Assembly (NCBI RefSeq): GCF_036321535.1
Contig: NC_087438.1
Location: 2,854,001 to 2,918,000 of the forward strand
Reading direction: 5' to 3'
Origin: Camelus dromedarius
Taxonomy: Eukaryota
DNA length: 64,000 bases
Part shown: piece by piece, positions 60,196 through 64,000 of the stretch
Position numbering within the stretch: the stretch's first letter is position 1
How the letters are laid out: each line of letters begins with the position of its first letter
Notes under the pieces: generated by a model
What the model was told of the DNA's origin: nothing
Database searches by the model: none
The model's input: only the letters and a program-made list of their open reading frames with translations
Program-made: the position numbers and the translations under genes

Positions 60196-62869
60196 AAGTG
60201 TAAGTTTTCCTGACTCTGAACTTGGGGTAGCATTTTTCCATTTTGAATGCAAATATAATCATTAATTGTAATAAACATTTATACAACATAGAATGCAGAC
60301 AGTCCAATTCCCTGCTGAGGAAAGAGGTTGCCATCAAAAATTTGTCTGTTTACAGGAGGAGTCCACTGGTCTCAGGATAGTTTTCAGGCTCCTGGTACAG
60401 AAGGGAGCTGAAGCTATCCTGTGTAACAAGCAGAATTTTGCCCCATTTGTCACGAGGTAAATGCCTCCGGGAGTCACCTCTGTGATTTCTAGAACGTCAG
60501 GGGGTTAGGAACAGCTGATGCCGGAAACGCAAGCTGGGCTTCTGTCATCCTCCAGCAGGTGGATAGATAGGGAAGGCTGAGTCTGGAGGTGTTTCCTTTC
60601 CTCCAGGGGAACACCCGCTCAGAGCTCTCAGCACTTCCCCGGAGCTGAATCGCCCATGCAGTCCTTCTCTCTGCTCTGCGGAGGTCTGGATTCTGGCCAG
60701 CAGGGTCACTGTAGGAGGTCTGACCAGACCCTTGTCGCCTCGTCTTCCATTTCAAGGGCAGGGAAAGACGCTAGAGCTGAGTCAGACTGCCCTTTCCCGG
60801 GCCGGGTGAGGGCCGCGAGTGGGGGGATGTCTGGGAAGGAGGTAACAGTTAAAGCCTCTGGAGCAATAGGAGCTATTTTTAAAAGGAGTGACGTGACTCC
60901 CGAGAATCCTAGAATGAGTGGATCGCCATCCAAAGGTCGCATGGAGGTCACTGTCTTGATTTCCCAGAGACACCTGCAGCCAGAGGTTTAGGCTGCGTTG
61001 CTGGAGACAGAAAGCTGATTTCCAGTCTCCCCTGGCAAGGATGCTGCCTGCTGGCTGATCAGCCCGGAAGGGATCTGAGCCCTTTGTTGTCCTTTGTGGT
61101 CAGGACAATAGGTGGGTAAACGGCAGGATAAGAGCTGTGAAAAAAGTGTGGTTGGAGTGCCCAGCTGCCTCTTGACCTTCCTTCCCCCAGGCTGCTGGGA
61201 TGCTGAAAGTCCACAGGAATTGGGTTTCCCTGACAGAGCTCACATGTGGGGCCAGCTCAGGGTCTGAACGTGCGGAGAAAGGACCATCTTATCTGATGCT
61301 GCGTGCCTGTGTCTGGCAATGCCGGCAGGCTATGTAATTCCTTCATCATTCTTTCTGACTCTATTTTAAATCTCCCTCTGATGGCCAACATACAAAAGCA
61401 TACAGCAGCTGATTTCATTTTCCCCCATGAGAGAGATCTTGAGCGTTCTCTGGATAAGGCTGGAACATGCAGACTGCACCTTGCCACAGCATCCTTGGCT
61501 AATTTCTTCTGGATTGAGTGCTACCAGATACGGAGACGTTCAATTCACTTCTTTCCTCTTTGACCCAACCCACCTCTCCAGCTTCACCTTCAACCATCTT
61601 CAACATAAACCATCCTTCTGTCCAAAGATAATATGCTGCTTAGAATGTCCTCTCCCCCATCATTCCTTCCTTCCCTCAAGAACGTCCTTCCCCAGCAAAG
61701 TCAAAGTCTCCACCTAAGAAAAGAGTTTCCTCACATGCATGGGGGATTTTGTCTGCCCTTCAACCTGGGCTCCAGCTTGTCAAGAAGCTACAGTTTCTGC
61801 TAGAATCGGCCGCTCTGCCCTCAGGTCTCTTGGATTTGATTATACACACATTCAATAAAAGCATCTTTAAGATACTGCTCTTGGTCATGGATGGACATGT
61901 GAAAGTGACTGTTTCAAAAACAGAGCCTTGTAGCAATTCGTTAGACATTCATCTATGTCGACTTTGATTAATTAGTATTCTCTGAGAACAGTCTTGTAAG
62001 GAGCAACACAGCGTCCTACCTGAACTCCAAGCGTGCTGCTGGTTCTGCACACATTGCCAAATGTGTCATGGACAACTGGGTCACCGGTCTGTGTCCACAG
62101 CATTGGCTGGTCTGTACTCTAGACCACACGGAAACAGAGGTGAGCATCTCTGGACAAGATTCATTTCCAGGGAACCCACATCGGTCTTCGCTGACTTCTG
62201 CCAGTTTCCTTCTCCTAACTGCCCCCAAATAACCAACCTACTAATTACTCTTGGAGTTTGCTGTGAATCGATAGCAAGCACATCACTCAGGAAATCCTGG
62301 CATTTACCCACTTTTGAAAATGGATATACTTGTTCATCTTAATTTCTTTTGGCACCTCTGTGTTTGAAGAGAAAACCCATTAGCACGTTAGTTCAGCCAG
62401 TTCTTTGTGTTGATGTGAAATAGATGAAAAATCAGCCAAGTTTGTCCCCTGGATTTTGAGCTTCAGCCCTCTGAACCTCTTCCTCAGGGTGTGAGCCATG
62501 CTCTTCTGTTGTTCCAGAGATTAAAAACACACAAAAACAAAAACAAACAAACAAACAAAAAGCAGTGCTATATATTCTTGAGTTCCCCATGTTCTGTTGA
62601 TAAAATCACACTTTTATTTTCCCCTGAAACTTTCAGAATCTTATTATTTTACCTGTTGGATGGATATCCTTATGAATTTCACCAAGTCTGTTCTTTCAAA
62701 ATATCTGGGGGAAATGAAGCTGGAGAGAAAAGTGTTAATTCCATGTTGTGTTTTTCATTAATCGAGTCCAGGGGATGCTACAAGTCCAAGGCGCCAGGCT
62801 TTTGGCTCCTTCCAAACTTCAACCAGAGCACCTCTGTTTTTGTTTCTTTTTTTTAAAGGACTGCTATTT

Positions 62870-63005
62870 CAATTTTATTTTTAATTTTTAGGGGTGGAGG
62901 TAATTAGGTTTATTTATTTTAATTTTTTTAATGGAGGTACTGAGGATTGAACCCAGGACCTCGTGCACGCTAAGCACATGCTGTACCACTGAGCTGACCC
63001 TTCCC
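62870..63005 (-). mobile_element. tRNA-Ala-derived SINE (camelid vic-1-like)
   Basis: The minus strand reads GGGAAGGGTCAGCTCAGTGGTACAGCATGTGCTTAGCGTGCACGAGGTCCTGGGTTCAATCCTCAGTACCTCCA, then the AAATAAACCTAATTACCTCC body and an A-rich tail. Confidence 0.92.
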
Positions 63006-63049
63006 GTTTGCTGTCTTCATATTCGTTTTCATGTAATATTACTTCTGGA

Positions 63050-63315
63050 GAAAAAATGTTCTTTTCAGATGTCATCTTCTGACCCTTGCATCTACCATTT
63101 CAACCCTCCCCATCTCCACCCTCTTCCCCACTGTCTCGGTCTCCTTGGCACTTGCCGACACACATCCTCACTTACCTTGCATCCTGCCTTCCTCCCCACT
63201 GCAGGGTAAGCTCCAACATGGAGGGGTCTTGTGTGTTTTCTTCATCACTGTGCCCCCACGCTTTGAAGGGTGTCAAGCCCGTAGTGGGATTCAGGAAATA
63301 TTTGTTGTTTAACAG
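63050..63315 (+). mobile_element. L2 3' end
   Basis: CCTCCCCACTGCAGGGTAAGCTCCAACATGGAGGGG...TTCATCACTGTGCCCCCA...TCAGGAAATATTTGTTG. Confidence 0.7.
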
Positions 63316-64000
63316 CATCTCAGTGCGTACCCACTGCCCAGCCTCCCTCCTGTAACCCCTTGCCCCTCCATCCTCACTCACAGAGATGCAAGCAGGAAGA
63401 CAGTGCCAGCAGTAGCATCCTCTTTGCACCTGCTCACACAGCTTAGCGCAACAGCCCACCAGTGGGAGGAAGAAGCGGGTAGCTTTACACACAGTAGTTA
63501 GAAGCCCATGGCTTTCTCAACACAAAGTCCTGAATGGGGTGTTTGTCACACACTGAGGTTTAGACGATGAGACTCAGACCTACGTATCAGAGTTCACAGT
63601 ACCAGGTCTGCAGTTAAGAGTGCTCGCAACTATTATCTTAAGTCCCTCTTGTGTACAAGGAACGGTTACTAGCCTCGAAGTCGACACCCTCTGAGGCTGA
63701 GTCATTTGTGAACACGCTGGGCTGTTCTCTTCAGAGCCGCCATCACTTTATATGGGAGCTTGGAGGCTGGTTTAATTAAAGTTATCTGAATAGCGTACAG
63801 TTTGCCAGATGTTCGTAATAAATATAATGCAGCTTATGTAATGGTATGCCATCATGGAATATATTGGAATGGTTGTGATTATCCATTATTACCTATCATA
63901 AATCTAAATTTATTTCACCGTTTTTAGGCATTAAGCTTTTCTCAACCACTATAAATTAGCTTAGTATTTGAACTTTGCCTTTTGCTGAAGTTTTTCCAAT

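Noticed and set aside
62930..63005. Functional tRNA-Ala genes here and at 7408-7483
   Set aside because: The acceptor and D stems are disrupted, and both continue into a shared SINE body and A-rich tail instead of a pol III terminator.
1..64000. CRISPR arrays, rRNA, prokaryotic or viral operons, NUMT, processed pseudogene
   Set aside because: I saw no regular repeat-spacer pattern, no rRNA or mitochondrial similarity and no retrocopied host ORF. The window is ordinary mammalian non-coding DNA.

Overview
Mammalian genomic DNA, most likely camelid. The basis is tRNA-Ala-derived SINEs of the Tylopoda vic-1 type plus young artiodactyl-type L1 3' ends; this is an inference, not a database match. 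I recognise no protein-coding exon: the listed ORFs look like chance frames, microsatellite read-throughs or L1 ORF2 remnants. The main landmark is a small CpG-island promoter at about 31.3-31.8 kb with a minus-strand first exon ending at a GTAAGT donor (31267/31266). Positions 1-31266 are therefore probably a long first intron and 31.8-64 kb upstream intergenic DNA. I could not name the gene. A second, orphan CpG island lies at about 57.4-58.7 kb. The rest is eutherian repeat debris: L1, L2, L3/CR1, MIR, MLT1, MER20, an intact MER41-like solo LTR and microsatellites. Repeat subfamily names come from remembered consensus sequences and boundaries are approximate. The most unusual signals are a 43/44-bp non-repeat inverted repeat 844 bp apart, a CpG island grading out of GC-shifted ancient L1, a MER41-like LTR with decayed GAS motifs, and a triplicated target site. 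I see no evidence of a new multi-gene system.
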